Source: Longimicrobiales bacterium
GTDB taxonomy: Bacteria; Gemmatimonadota; Gemmatimonadetes; Longimicrobiales; Gaopeijiaceae
NCBI GenBank assembly: GCA_965202985.1
Contig: CBDBCF010000001.1
Coordinates: 640,001-704,000 of the forward strand
DNA: 64,000 nt
Direction: 5' to 3'
Shown: positions 50,501 through 58,104 of the stretch, one piece after another
Position numbering within the stretch: position 1 is the stretch's first letter
Layout: the number at the start of each line of letters is the position of its first letter
Notes under the pieces: model-generated
Database searches by the model: none
Seen by the model: only the letters and a program-made list of their open reading frames with translations
What the model was told of the DNA's origin: nothing
Position numbers and translations under genes: made by a program

Positions 50501-52076
50501 CGCCCAGCGACAAGTCCGCCCGCTCCGTGCCCCCGACGCGCGTGATCGGAGTCGCGTAGTTGCTGAATGCGTTCGCCGGGATGCTGATCCCGTCCGCGTC
50601 CATGTCCGCACGCGTCACCGTGTATCGGAAGAACACGTCGTCCGCGTCCTTCGAGTACCAGCCCGCCGCCCGAACGTTGTCCCCGATCTCCAGGTTCAGC
50701 GTCATGTTGCCCAGAAAGTTCGGCGTCACCACCGCACGGTCGAACTGAACCCGCACGTTGACGTTGTCCCCCGCAGCGTACGTCGAGTCCGTCCCCGCTC
50801 CGCTCAAGAACGTCACCGCCGATATCCTCGGCACGATCAGCCCGCCGTTCACCTTGTGCGCACCAGCGTTCGTGACCGCGTGACTGCCGAGCGACAGCGT
50901 CGCGTCCACCGTCGTGCCCGCGTTCCTGATCGTCGCGCCGGACGGGACCGCCAGAGCGCTCGCGCCGATGCTGATCCCGTCCGTGTCTTCGTCCGCCGCC
51001 ACCACAGCGTACTCGAACACCAGCGAGTCCGTGCCCGTCCCGCTCGCGTAGTTCGCCTGCCTGGTCTGCGTGCCGATCCCTAAAGCCAGCTGCGGCGTGC
51101 CCGTCACGTCCACGTTCCCGCTGAACACCACCGCCACACGAATCCGCTCCGCCCGACCGTAAGTGCTGTCCGCAGCTACCGGCGTGCTCGCCACCGCCAC
51201 ACCGGTCACGGTAGCCGGTGGAATACCCACCACCTTGTGCGCCGCGGCGTTCGTGATCGCATGGCTGCCCAGACCCAGGATCGCGTTCTTCGTGCCGAGC
51301 CGGATCGTCCCGCCGTTCAGGGCCAGCGCGCTCGCGCCGATGCTGATCCCGTCCGCGTCCGAGTCCGCCGCCACCACCACGTACCGGAACACCAGCGACG
51401 CCGAACCCGTCCCGCTCGCGTAGTTCGCCTGCCGCGTCGAGTCGCCCACCGTCAACGCCAGCTGCGGCGTGCCCGTCACCGCCACCGTCGAGTCGAACGC
51501 CACCGTCACCGCAATCGTATCCCCAGTATCGTACGTGTTGTCGGCGCCCGCACTGCTGCTGATCGTCACACCCGTCACCTTGGGCAACCCCAGGGCGCCG
51601 TCCACCTTGTGCGCCGCCGCGTTCGTGATCGTATTGCCGCTCAGGCTAGCGTTAATAGTCAATCCAGATTGGAAGTTGTCAAGATCATTAGCCAGCGCGT
51701 TCGCGCCGATGCTGATCCCGTTCGCGTCCGCGTCCGTCGCCACCACGTGGTACCAAAACTCCAACCAGGTGAGCGGGAAACCACTGCGAGGCGGGTTTCC
51801 CGATGCGCAAGAAGCCCCAGCACAGGCGCTTCTGGTCGTCGCCCCGATCGTCAGGCCCAACGACGCTGTATTGTGGTTATGGCTCCAGTCGGCGCCGACG
51901 TTCAACCATATCCTTACCTTGATGGTGTCGCCCGCCACGTACGTGTTGTCCGCACCCGCCGAGCTGACGATCTTCAAGCTGTCCACGTTGCTTTGGGCGC
52001 TCAGCGGCGCCGGTGCCGCGATTCCGAACGCCGCCAGCAGGCCGAGGGCCGCGAGCGCGGTTCTGGCTACCGGCAT
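41589..52076 (-). CDS. Giant (3495 aa) autotransporter-like adhesin: signal peptide, 17 Ig-like repeats, 5 cadherin + 1 cadherin-like domains, C-terminal beta-barrel
   Basis: Signal peptide ending in LSA-Q; ~125-aa repeats with DADADG; cadherin motifs (ELAEN, DPD, DYE, D.NEAP); helix then barrel ending in IVFE. The true start may lie upstream of the poly-C tract. Confidence 0.9.
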   Translation of the reverse strand: MPVARTALAALGLLAAFGIAAPAPLSAQSNVDSLKIVSSAGADNTYVAGDTIKVRIWLNVGADWSHNHNTASLGLTIGATTRSACAGASCASGNPPRSGFPLTWLEFWYHVVATDADANGISIGANALANDLDNFQSGLTINASLSGNTITNAAAHKVDGALGLPKVTGVTISSSAGADNTYDTGDTIAVTVAFDSTVAVTGTPQLALTVGDSTRQANYASGTGSASLVFRYVVVAADSDADGISIGASALALNGGTIRLGTKNAILGLGSHAITNAAAHKVVGIPPATVTGVAVASTPVAADSTYGRAERIRVAVVFSGNVDVTGTPQLALGIGTQTRQANYASGTGTDSLVFEYAVVAADEDTDGISIGASALAVPSGATIRNAGTTVDATLSLGSHAVTNAGAHKVNGGLIVPRISAVTFLSGAGTDSTYAAGDNVNVRVQFDRAVVTPNFLGNMTLNLEIGDNVRAAGWYSKDADDVFFRYTVTRADMDADGISIPANAFSNYATPITRVGGTERADLSLGAHAVSNAAAHKVNGLQGVPVVAGAGLASVTGSDSTYGVGHRIEVWVKFSEAVDVVGTPQVALGIGAATRQAGYVGGTGTDSLTFRYVVQATDADADGLSIAASALGLNSGTINKAGGTVTAELGLGTHAIANAGAHKVAGDRPVVTGVSIGDAPADSTFELGDVVVVTVEFNAAVTVTGTPRVRVGVGSSLRNAWYRRGSGTTSLEFEYTVSQQQVDADGISIGASALETPSGSTIRRMGTTTDAVLGLGAHAITNSAAHKVAGNTATAPVVKGLRITSSPAVGDTYLGGEAIEVEVEFVRGVYVGGTPRLALEVGDSTRQAEYNRRDATFTRVTFRYVVQATDADADGISVGAGALAVSASDTIGDSRQRSDAADLALGSHVFSNALAHKVSGAVPYVTSVFFMSATNSGISYASTDSVFGLGDEIRVGVGFNTGVTVAGTPRLALGIGAQTRSAAQCDAVTSGNILVFCYTVVAADADSTGISIGANALTLPGGATIRATGTATDARLSLVPWNFADAVAYQVDGTKEVAPAVSGVAILSAPASDSTYGRTEAIEVEVEFERLVAVTGAPQLALSIDTLTRQASYASGSGTRTLVFRYVVVAADADSTGIGVAASALTLNGGTIVLVGGTTAATLGLGSNAISNAAAHKVDGSQGPPGVTSLTIDSPVVGDVFERGETIEVELEFNRAVDVTGTPRLALTIGSATRQASYASGSGTTSLVFRYVVASGDADADGLSIAASALTLSGGTIRLAGGTLDATLGLGAGVVVTNSGGHKVSGSTFTVPAVTAVTISSAPASGQTYQLGESIEVKVAFGRPVAVTGAPRLALTIGTTTRQASWESASSKADTLVFGYAVRPSDVDADGLSIAAGALTLNGGTIADVRPGAAAASLGLGSSAVTNDASHKVNGGLGPPGVAGLTVAAAPGGTFERGDTVVAMVVFNKAVDVTGGPRLALGIGSQTRQAAYASGTGTAALVFRYVVATADADADGLSIGASALALNGGTIDVAGGTTDALLSLEHHAIGDDGALRVAGGTFTAASVSGVTITSSPAGGGTYGLSEEIGVEVTFNRNVAVTGSPELALTIGTQTRQASYVTTTDGRVLSFAYTVVAADADANGLSIGASALSLNGGAIADARDANEAASLGLGGHAISNSGSHRVDGTQGPPGVSAVSIASPPIGDTFERGDTVVATVVFNKAVDVTGTPQLALGIGSTTKQAGYASGSGTASLVFRYVVVTADADADGISIAASALALNGGTIDVAGGTVDAVLGLGTHTVTNSAGHKVAGGTFTAAAVSGVSLTSSPAVATTYGRDESIEVQVTFNRRVTVTGTPRVALTVGAQTRQADYASGTGTRALTFRYTVVAADADADGIEVGASALALNSGAIADARDGSTAAALGLGSHALSAASGHKVDGTLAGATVSGVAVSSAPESGDTYGLGERIEVQVTFDRAVTVTGAPQLALTVGTVARQASYAGGSGTATLSFAYRVQGAGSGGSGTGGVDADADGVGVAAAALTLNGGAIVNTADGVRPATLALGGQAIAAAAADKVDGTVEVAPVVVGLAVTSEPVATGLYGAGGVIRVEVTFSRPVDVAGASSSPALAASMTAATAANTAAARLAIDVGGTTRHAVYVSGSGTAVLAFEYVVRPADRDPDGISIPADALAESAGALRIAGGTTLAALDLGAHAVTDLADHAVNGAGSLDPVFGRLEYEFELAENVAGPLPLGEVVATSPLGAEMRYGLESGGEGLFEVDVSSGVVTYVGGGEDAEQRSEYVMLVVAVTDGVGEGEQLETVAKVTVKVVNENDEAPSFVEDGWRFELAEDAAGPLVLGVMEAVDLDEGDTLTYALVAGDADRFELDAGTGELRYVGGGEDYETSIGMWRLEATATDLLGRTARTTATVMVADVNEAPSFVDSAYAFELAENAAGPLVLGAVRATDPDRDDPPTYSLAEGAAEQFEVDAVTGELRYVGEGEDAETGPESWALEVRATDRGGVAASARVTVALLDRNEAPVFAAEVYEWEFEENVAGPLVLGMVEAADPDRADTLVYSLSGEGAALFEVDAVTGEVRYAGEGEDYEAGPASWEFEVVATDGEGLAARVAATVALVDVNEAPAFADSAYAFELAENAAGPLTLGVVEATDPDRGDAPAYSLAEGDAARFEVDARTGEVRYVGSGEDYEAGPPTFALTVRATDAGGLTAEAGVTVTLLDVNEGPEAVGAMSPKTLEAYGAAVEEELGQYFRDPDGDALAYAVESSSPAVAAATVTGAGRLSIAPRAIGEAVVTVRASDPGGLSAQQQVRVTVEASRSERARALELTLAAFGRSLGTETVEAIGGRLGLGSSGALGRSHVQLGGRSLACGTGGSDAFGAGGFADVANAVHGQADDGQGNAAAGGSGQAAGGGNGDAGGSGHCGLESLVRGATGLLGLQIAHPGSPDAAGGTVDLAALLFGDGRGGAFGQPTAGGAGGMGGSYQGQQQADAERGARADRGGLTFNPVDARGLRSQSSFQLSFGGSAGSAASEAVRSGWTVWGQANLGEFEGRPRDGFAMDGRTRSAYLGLDYRFGSGFLMGLAGSRSDMEAGFDSDVNGAGSVDARLTSLYPYLHWSSGGGFGVWGLAGAGRGDATLDESAGGRFDTDLEMRMGALGVRQELTGGLALKADAFAVRILSDEVTGLAGVTADAQRVRLAPEIGGQWSLGGGLAMRTRFEVGGRFDGGDAETGMGAEAGAEVGLAHQASGFSMTARGRALLVHQERDFKDWGAGFSLRLQPGGGGESEGGLSFSVEPTWGDAGGGARTLWQGGADVWRTAGAAGFSAPVGAVRPVGVNVPAGAGLAHNQGDPSAQGASGADGGSTAGSQAGPGLPAGSGVLAATGAPGWAPDRVAMEVGYGVLLSGGAQVKPFGRWSREGPTGHRVNVGTRWSLLGGETTGQLTESSGSRSPGLRLMMDLFGEHVASGVQPPERRIGLSGRIVFE
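43860..45400 (-). repeat. 5 tandem cadherin-domain repeats (~300 bp)
   Basis: F...Y.FELAEN.AGPL.LG...A.DPD...FEVDA.TGE.RY.G.GED.E...D.NEAP occurs 5 times. Confidence 0.9.
45409..51989 (-). repeat. 17 degenerate ~375-bp tandem repeats encoding Ig-like modules
   Basis: Consensus TY..G..I.V.V.F...V.VTG.P.LAL.IG..TRQA.YASGSGT..L.F.Y.V...DADADG.SI.ASAL.LNGG.I...HKV.G, counted by eye. Confidence 0.9.
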
Positions 52077-52116
52077 CGCGCGGACCCAGAACGCACGGGC
52101 CGGGCCGGTCGAAAAA

Positions 52117-52133
52117 GGGGGGGGGGGGGGGGG
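52117..52133 (-). promoter_or_regulatory. 17-nt homopolymer (poly-C on the coding strand); candidate phase-variation tract
   Basis: G17 on the + strand between the ATGs at 52138/52144/52162 and the ATG at 52076. Confidence 0.7.
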
Positions 52134-52240
52134 CTCATGTTCATCTGGGGTGTCCTCAGCATCTGGGTGTCCTCAGCGTCCAAAGCGGTATCTGTCCTAT
52201 GCCTAACCTAACGTAAACTGGGGAAGATTCGGCGTTCACT

Positions 52241-53023
52241 TCAACGGCGGCGGCGTACCGGCGGGAGATCGTCGCCCTGGTCCGCTCGGGACGGTCGCCG
52301 GAGGCCGTGGCCCGCGCCGGACGGCCCGGCCAGCACGCGCGCTCCGTCGGGCACCCGAAAGACGAACAGGTCGGGCTTGATCTGCGGCGCAAAGTCCAGG
52401 TCCGCCAGGTCCATGGTGCGGACGCTTCCGTTCTCCTGGTGCACTTCCAGCCGGCGGATCACGTGCTCCTCCCGGTCGAGCCAGACTCTGGCCCGGTGAA
52501 AGGCGGCCCGGCCTTGGGGCTCGAGCTCCACGATGCGGCAGTTCCGACCCGCCACGACCTCCGATCCTCCGTCCGAGGCACGGTACTTCGCGCCCGGGTC
52601 CTCCAGAAACGCCCGAAACACGTCGTAGCGCCCCGGGGCCGTCGCCGCCGGGTACCGCACCACTTGGTCCTCTTCCACGCTGGGGTAGTAGACCCAGACG
52701 TGTTCGCCGTCGGACACCACCATGTCGCCATCGGGATCGTCGAAGCGCATGGAGAACAGATTCGGGCGCCGTTGGCATACGCGGCCGGCGCTCTCGACCC
52801 GGCGCCCCAAAAGACGCACTTCGACGACTTGGCGGAACGTCGCGCACACGGCGTCGACGCCTCGGTAGCGCGCGGCGGCGTCTTCCATGGCCCGAACGGC
52901 GTCGTTCGCGCCGGATCCGGTGCCGCCGGGCGGCTGGGCGCGCGCAAGGCCGGGGAGCACGGTCGCCACGCAGAGCGCGACGCAACCGGTCGCCGCCCGG
53001 AGCGCACGTCTCAACTGGGGCAT
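52241..53023 (-). CDS. lolA: Outer-membrane lipoprotein carrier protein LolA
   Basis: Signal peptide; ATFRQ, RPNLFSM, VSDG..VWVY and FVFRVP motifs; directly downstream of ftsK. Confidence 0.85.
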   Translation of the reverse strand: MPQLRRALRAATGCVALCVATVLPGLARAQPPGGTGSGANDAVRAMEDAAARYRGVDAVCATFRQVVEVRLLGRRVESAGRVCQRRPNLFSMRFDDPDGDMVVSDGEHVWVYYPSVEEDQVVRYPAATAPGRYDVFRAFLEDPGAKYRASDGGSEVVAGRNCRIVELEPQGRAAFHRARVWLDREEHVIRRLEVHQENGSVRTMDLADLDFAPQIKPDLFVFRVPDGARVLAGPSGAGHGLRRPSRADQGDDLPPVRRRR

Positions 53024-55458
53024 ATCTCGTCCAGGCCGGCGGGACCGACCAGCACTTCCCGCGGCTTGGAACCGTCGGGGGGGCCCAGCACGCCGGCTTC
53101 GTGCAGCTGGTCCACGATCCGCGCGGCCCGCCCGTAGCCGATCCGTAGCCGGCGCTGGAGCAGAGACGTGGAGCCGGCGCCCTGCTGGATGCAGGCGTGG
53201 GCGGCCTCCCGGAAGAGGTCGTCCCAGTCTCCCTGGATCGTGCCCTCTTCGCCTTCTTCGTCGCCGCCCTCCGCCGCCCGCACGGCCTCCAGGATGTCGT
53301 CTTCGGCAAGGGCAACCCGGGCCTTGATCGCTTCCAGCGTGTCGGACTGCTCGCGATACCAGCCCATGAGGGCCTCGGTCTCCTCGGTGGAGATGAAGGC
53401 GCCCTGCATACGGACGGGTTCGCTATGGCCGGGCGGCAGAAAGAGCATGTCGCCGTGGCCCAGCAGCGAGTCGGCGCCGTTCTGGTCCAGGATCGTGCGC
53501 GAATCGGTCTTGGAGGCCACGCGAAAGGCGATCCGGCAGGGAAAGTTGGCCTTGATCAGGCCGGTGATGACGTTGACGCTGGGCCGTTGCGTGGCCACCA
53601 GCAAGTGGATGCCGATCGCGCGCGCCTTCTGGGCCAGCTGGGTCAGCGGCTTCTCGACTTCGGCCTGGACGGACATCATCAGGTCCGCCAGCTCGTCCAA
53701 GACGACGACCACATAGGGAAGCGGTCCTTCTTCGTACACCCAGCGCTCCGGGTCGCCCTCGGGTCCGGCCGGCTCGCTGCGTCGGAGCACGACGCCGTTC
53801 TCGACCCGCTGGTTGAACTCCTTCAGCGAGCGGACGCCGTTGGCGCTCAACAGGGCGTAGCGCCGCTCCATCTCCAGCACGGCCCACTTCAGCACGCCCG
53901 CGGCGTCCTTCGGGTCGGTCACGACGGGGTGGCGAAGGTGGGGAAGGTCGGCGTAGGCGGACAGCTCCACCATCTTGGGGTCGATCAGCAGCAGGCGCAG
54001 GCGGTCCGGGCCGTTCCGGTACACCAAGCTGGTGATGATCGTGTTGAGGCAGACGGACTTGCCCGAGCCGGTGGCGCCGGCGATCAGGCCGTGCGGCATC
54101 TTGCCCAGGTCGGTGACGAAGGGATGGCCGGTCAGGTCCTTGCCCAGCGCCAGCGGCAGCACGCCCCCGGCGCGGGCGAAGGCGGGCGCTTCCAGGATCT
54201 CCCGCAGCCGCACCATCTCCGGGCGCGGGTTGGGGATCTCGACGCCCACGGCCCCCTTGCCGGGGATCGGCGCCACGATGCGAACGCTCGTGGCCTTCAT
54301 GGCCAGGGCCAAGTCCGCGTCCAGGTTCGCGATCCGGCTGACCTTGACGCCGGCCGCGGGCACGACCTCGAACTGGGTCACCGCCGGCCCGGTCGTCCGA
54401 CCCCCGATCTCGGACTGGATGTTGAAGGTGCCCAGGGTCTCGACCAGGACCTCGCCAAGCCGGTCCAGCTCGGCCTCCATGTCCTGACGGTTCTTGGGTT
54501 CCGGCGGCGCCAGCAGATCGATGGCGGGCAAAGGATGGTCGCCGGGGGCCGGCTCGTCTTCCGGGAAGGAGTCCGGGTTCGAGACGGACTCCTCGGCCGG
54601 CGGCAGATACCCGCTGGCCGGGGGCTCGGCAGGCCCCGCTTCCGTCCAGGGCGCCGCGCTGGGCGACAGCGACTCCTGTCCCCCGGACTCCGAAGCGGCC
54701 GGCTCCGACGCCCAGGGCTCGGGTTCGCCGGCCAGCTCGTGTTCCGGGAGCGTCTTTCTTTCCTTTCGGCGCCCAGCGGCAGGCCTTCTTCGTTCTTTTA
54801 AGCTGGCGAACGCCGATCCCGCGGCAGAGCGTGCCGAGCGAGCGCCGCGGCTCAATCCGCGGGCGGACGCCGCGATGCCGGCAACGGCCAGCCCTGCCGG
54901 ATTGAAGCCGAAAGCGGCCACCGACAGGGCGACCCAGCCGGCGCCTGCCAGGAACATCACGCCAAACCATCCGACCACGCCGCACAGGGGCATCCCCAGG
55001 AGCCGGGCGCCAAGGTACCCGGTCGCCTCCACGCGCCGAGAGGCCGGCGCGCACGCCTCGACCGGCAACGGAGGGGCCAAGTAGGCCGTGAAGGGCAGCA
55101 GAAGCAGCAGCCCGCCCGTCAGGATCCAGGCCCGCTTCCGCAGTTCGGGCGATCCCCATCGGCCGAACGCCGCAGCAGCCGCCAGCAGACCGAGCGGGAC
55201 CGCCGCGGCCCCAAGTCCCAGCGCTCCCACGAGCGCGTCTCGAAGGGCTTGTCCGGCCCGCCCCAGCGGATTGCCCGGCGGCAGCAGACCCAGCGCGTCG
55301 AACGGGAACAGAGCCACGGCAACCAGAAACGCTGCAACCCCGGCTACGGCCGCGAACGCCCGGTCCGGCCCTCCTCCTCCGCGAGCCGCGGCGCCCTTTG
55401 CGTTCTTCCGTCGTCCGCCCGCGCGCGCGACGCCCTTGGTCGTCCGTCGCGACGCCAT
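53011..55458 (-). CDS. ftsK: DNA translocase FtsK
   Basis: N-terminal TMs; GATGSGKS, IDPK, DELADLM, ATQRPS and gamma-domain LQRRLRIGYGRAARI motifs. Confidence 0.96.
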   Translation of the reverse strand: MASRRTTKGVARAGGRRKNAKGAAARGGGGPDRAFAAVAGVAAFLVAVALFPFDALGLLPPGNPLGRAGQALRDALVGALGLGAAAVPLGLLAAAAAFGRWGSPELRKRAWILTGGLLLLLPFTAYLAPPLPVEACAPASRRVEATGYLGARLLGMPLCGVVGWFGVMFLAGAGWVALSVAAFGFNPAGLAVAGIAASARGLSRGARSARSAAGSAFASLKERRRPAAGRRKERKTLPEHELAGEPEPWASEPAASESGGQESLSPSAAPWTEAGPAEPPASGYLPPAEESVSNPDSFPEDEPAPGDHPLPAIDLLAPPEPKNRQDMEAELDRLGEVLVETLGTFNIQSEIGGRTTGPAVTQFEVVPAAGVKVSRIANLDADLALAMKATSVRIVAPIPGKGAVGVEIPNPRPEMVRLREILEAPAFARAGGVLPLALGKDLTGHPFVTDLGKMPHGLIAGATGSGKSVCLNTIITSLVYRNGPDRLRLLLIDPKMVELSAYADLPHLRHPVVTDPKDAAGVLKWAVLEMERRYALLSANGVRSLKEFNQRVENGVVLRRSEPAGPEGDPERWVYEEGPLPYVVVVLDELADLMMSVQAEVEKPLTQLAQKARAIGIHLLVATQRPSVNVITGLIKANFPCRIAFRVASKTDSRTILDQNGADSLLGHGDMLFLPPGHSEPVRMQGAFISTEETEALMGWYREQSDTLEAIKARVALAEDDILEAVRAAEGGDEEGEEGTIQGDWDDLFREAAHACIQQGAGSTSLLQRRLRIGYGRAARIVDQLHEAGVLGPPDGSKPREVLVGPAGLDEICPS

Positions 55459-56238
55459 CTAGTCGCGGCCGACGGTGATTGCGCGGTCGTGCAGCACGGG
55501 CACGATCGCGTGCCTGTCGACAGCGGCGCAAAGGGCCAAGTCCCCGCCCAGGCCGACCTCCACCAGGGCGCGTCCGGCGGCGGTGGCTCCGAAGGTCTCC
55601 TTGGACGGCTCAAAGTCGCTGGCCAGCTGCGCCGCCGCCAAGGCCGAATCGTCCAGCTCGGCTTCGTCGTCTCCGCCTTCGGCCAGCAGCCGCCGGACCA
55701 AGTGCCCGGCGCAGACCGCATCGTCCAACGAGAAGCGTCCCTCCTTGCCGGCGCACACCACGACGATCCTGCGATCCCCGGCCAGCGCGTCCACCACGGC
55801 CCCCAGGTTCAGGAACGACGCGGCCAGGATCCGGTCGGCCCCTCGGGTGGCCAGAAAGGCGCGGGTCCCGTTGGTGGTGGTCATGATCAGCTGCTTGTCC
55901 GCCACCACTTCCTTCGCGAACTCCGACGGCGAGTTACCCAAGTCGAAGCCGTCTATGGGCAAGCCCCTGCGCTCGCCGCACAGCAACGTCCCCTCTCGGT
56001 CCAGCGAGCCGTGCAGCTCCATGGCGTGCTCGATCGACTCGGTGGGAAAGACGGCTCGCGCCCCGTTGGCCAGCGCCTCCACCATCGACGACGTGGCCCG
56101 CAACACGTCGATCACGACCGCCGCGCGTCCCTCGACGCCGGAAGCGGAGAGGCGCGCCGGCGTGAAGAAGACGTTCACCTTCCTCCGAAGCGCGGGCGTC
56201 GGAGGCGCCGGCTCCCGGAGCGCGGCCGATTCAGCCAT
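55459..56238 (-). CDS. comB: 2-phosphosulfolactate phosphatase family protein
   Basis: [22 protein letters not shown] and DDAVCAG motifs. Confidence 0.9.
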   Translation of the reverse strand: MAESAALREPAPPTPALRRKVNVFFTPARLSASGVEGRAAVVIDVLRATSSMVEALANGARAVFPTESIEHAMELHGSLDREGTLLCGERRGLPIDGFDLGNSPSEFAKEVVADKQLIMTTTNGTRAFLATRGADRILAASFLNLGAVVDALAGDRRIVVVCAGKEGRFSLDDAVCAGHLVRRLLAEGGDDEAELDDSALAAAQLASDFEPSKETFGATAAGRALVEVGLGGDLALCAAVDRHAIVPVLHDRAITVGRD

Positions 56239-57580
56239 CGCCGTTCGCGAAACGGTCCACGAAGCTGGTGTCCACGTCGCCCTCCTGGAACGCCGGGTCG
56301 CGGGTGATGCGGGAAAGGTAGCCGATGGTGGTGGGAATCCCCTCCACTACGAACGACTCCAACGCCTCGCGGCCTCGGGCCACCGCTTCCTGCCGCGAGT
56401 TGCCCCACACCACCAGCTTGGCCAGGAGCGAGTCGTAGTACGGCGGAACCCGATACCCGGAGTAGACGTGCGTGTCCACGCGAACGCCCGGGCCGCCGGG
56501 CTGGTGGAAGGTCGTGACTTCGCCCGGCGCCGGCGCGAACGCCCGGGACGGGTCCTCCGCGTTGACGCGGAACTCGATGGCGTGGCCCCGGTGAACCACG
56601 CCGTCCTCCGGAACCGAAAGCGCTTGGCCCGCCGCGACCCGGACCTGCTCCTTCACCAGATCGAAGCCCGTGACGGCCTCGGTCACCGGGTGCTCGACCT
56701 GGATGCGCGTGTTCATCTCGATGAAGAAGAACCGGCCGTCCCCGTCCAAGAGGAACTCGACCGTGCCCGCCCCCACGTAGCCGATGGCGCTCGCGGCCCG
56801 GACCGCCGCGTCGCCCATTTCGCTGCGCAGTTCCGGCGTCAGGGCGGGCGAAGGGGCCTCTTCCACGAGCTTCTGGTGGCGGCGCTGGATCGAGCAGTCC
56901 CGCTCGCCCAGGTGCACGACGCGGCCGGCTTGGTCGCCGAACACCTGGAACTCCACGTGGCGGGGCCGCGAGACGAAGCGCTCAAGGTAGACGCCTCCGT
57001 CCCCGAACGCGGCGGCCGCCTCGGACTGCGCCGCGCCGAAGCAGCGGGCGAAGGCGTGCTCGTCTTCGGCCAAGCGCATCCCCTTGCCGCCGCCGCCGGC
57101 CGCCGCCTTGATCATCACGGGGAACCCGATCTCCCGCGCCGTTGCACGCGCCTCTTCTTCGGTCTCCACGATGCCCTCGGAGCCCGGCACCACGGGCACG
57201 TCCGCACGCTGCATGGCCGCCCTGGCCGCCGCCTTGTCGCCCATCGTGCGGATCTGCTCCGGCGAAGGCCCGACGAACACCAGATCGGAGCGCTCGCAGA
57301 TCTCGGCGAACTCGGCGTTCTCGGCCAAGAAGCCGTAGCCGGGGTGGACGGCCTCGGCCCCGGTGATCTCCGCCGCGGCCACGATCTGCGGAATGTTCAG
57401 GTACGACCGCGACGCCTGGGGCGGGCCGATGCACACGGCTTCGTCGGCGAACCGCACATGCAGCGACTCCCGATCGGCCTCGGAATGAACCGCGACGGTC
57501 TTGACGCCCAGCTCCCGGCAGGCGCGCACCACACGGAGCGCGATCTCGCCCCGATTTGCGATCAGCACCTTCCTGAACAC
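56231..57580 (-). CDS. accC: Acetyl-CoA carboxylase, biotin carboxylase subunit
   Basis: [40 protein letters not shown] and [14 protein letters not shown] motifs. Confidence 0.96.
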   Translation of the reverse strand: MFRKVLIANRGEIALRVVRACRELGVKTVAVHSEADRESLHVRFADEAVCIGPPQASRSYLNIPQIVAAAEITGAEAVHPGYGFLAENAEFAEICERSDLVFVGPSPEQIRTMGDKAAARAAMQRADVPVVPGSEGIVETEEEARATAREIGFPVMIKAAAGGGGKGMRLAEDEHAFARCFGAAQSEAAAAFGDGGVYLERFVSRPRHVEFQVFGDQAGRVVHLGERDCSIQRRHQKLVEEAPSPALTPELRSEMGDAAVRAASAIGYVGAGTVEFLLDGDGRFFFIEMNTRIQVEHPVTEAVTGFDLVKEQVRVAAGQALSVPEDGVVHRGHAIEFRVNAEDPSRAFAPAPGEVTTFHQPGGPGVRVDTHVYSGYRVPPYYDSLLAKLVVWGNSRQEAVARGREALESFVVEGIPTTIGYLSRITRDPAFQEGDVDTSFVDRFANGDG

Positions 57581-57600
57581 GACTGGCAGGGCTCCCGGCG

Positions 57601-58104
57601 TCAGGCCGGTTCGACCCGGAAGAGAACCTGTCCGAAGTCCACGGGCTCGGCGTTGCCGACGCACACCTCCACGATCCGGCCCGGAGCCTCGCACTCCAGC
57701 TCGTTCATGAGCTTCATCGCCTCGATGACGCACAGCACGTCGCCGGCTTCCACGGAATCGCCCGTCCTGACGTAGGGGTCCGCCTCCGGCGACGGCGCGC
57801 GATAGAACGTGCCCACCATGGGCGACACGACCTCCAAGAGCCCGGTCGAGGGGGCGTCGTCGGGCGCAGCGTCGTCGGGCGGGGCGGCGCTCCCGGGCGC
57901 AGGGGCCGGCGACCCGGGCGCAACCGGCGCGGGAAGGGCCGGGGTCGTTGCTCCGTGCTGGGGCGCGGACGAAACCGTCGGCGGGTATCCGGAAGGGGAC
58001 TTGGACAGGCGGACGCGCGTGCCGCCGCGCTCGATCTCCAAGCTGTCCAACGAAGACTCGTCGAGGAGCCGAACCAGCGACTCCAGGTACTCTCGGTCGA
58101 TCAT
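57601..58104 (-). CDS. accB: Biotin carboxyl carrier protein
   Basis: SPMVGTFY and EAMKLMN motifs with a Pro/Ala linker. Confidence 0.95.
   Translation of the reverse strand: MIDREYLESLVRLLDESSLDSLEIERGGTRVRLSKSPSGYPPTVSSAPQHGATTPALPAPVAPGSPAPAPGSAAPPDDAAPDDAPSTGLLEVVSPMVGTFYRAPSPEADPYVRTGDSVEAGDVLCVIEAMKLMNELECEAPGRIVEVCVGNAEPVDFGQVLFRVEPA

Noticed and set aside
40689..51083. 3464-aa plus-strand ORF and the 1813-aa minus-strand ORF at 44479-49920
   Set aside because: Arg/Gly-rich shadow frames of the repetitive, GC-rich adhesin gene with no recognisable motifs.
41589..52076. Diversity-generating retroelement target
   Set aside because: No reverse transcriptase and no adenine-specific TR/VR pair seen in the window.
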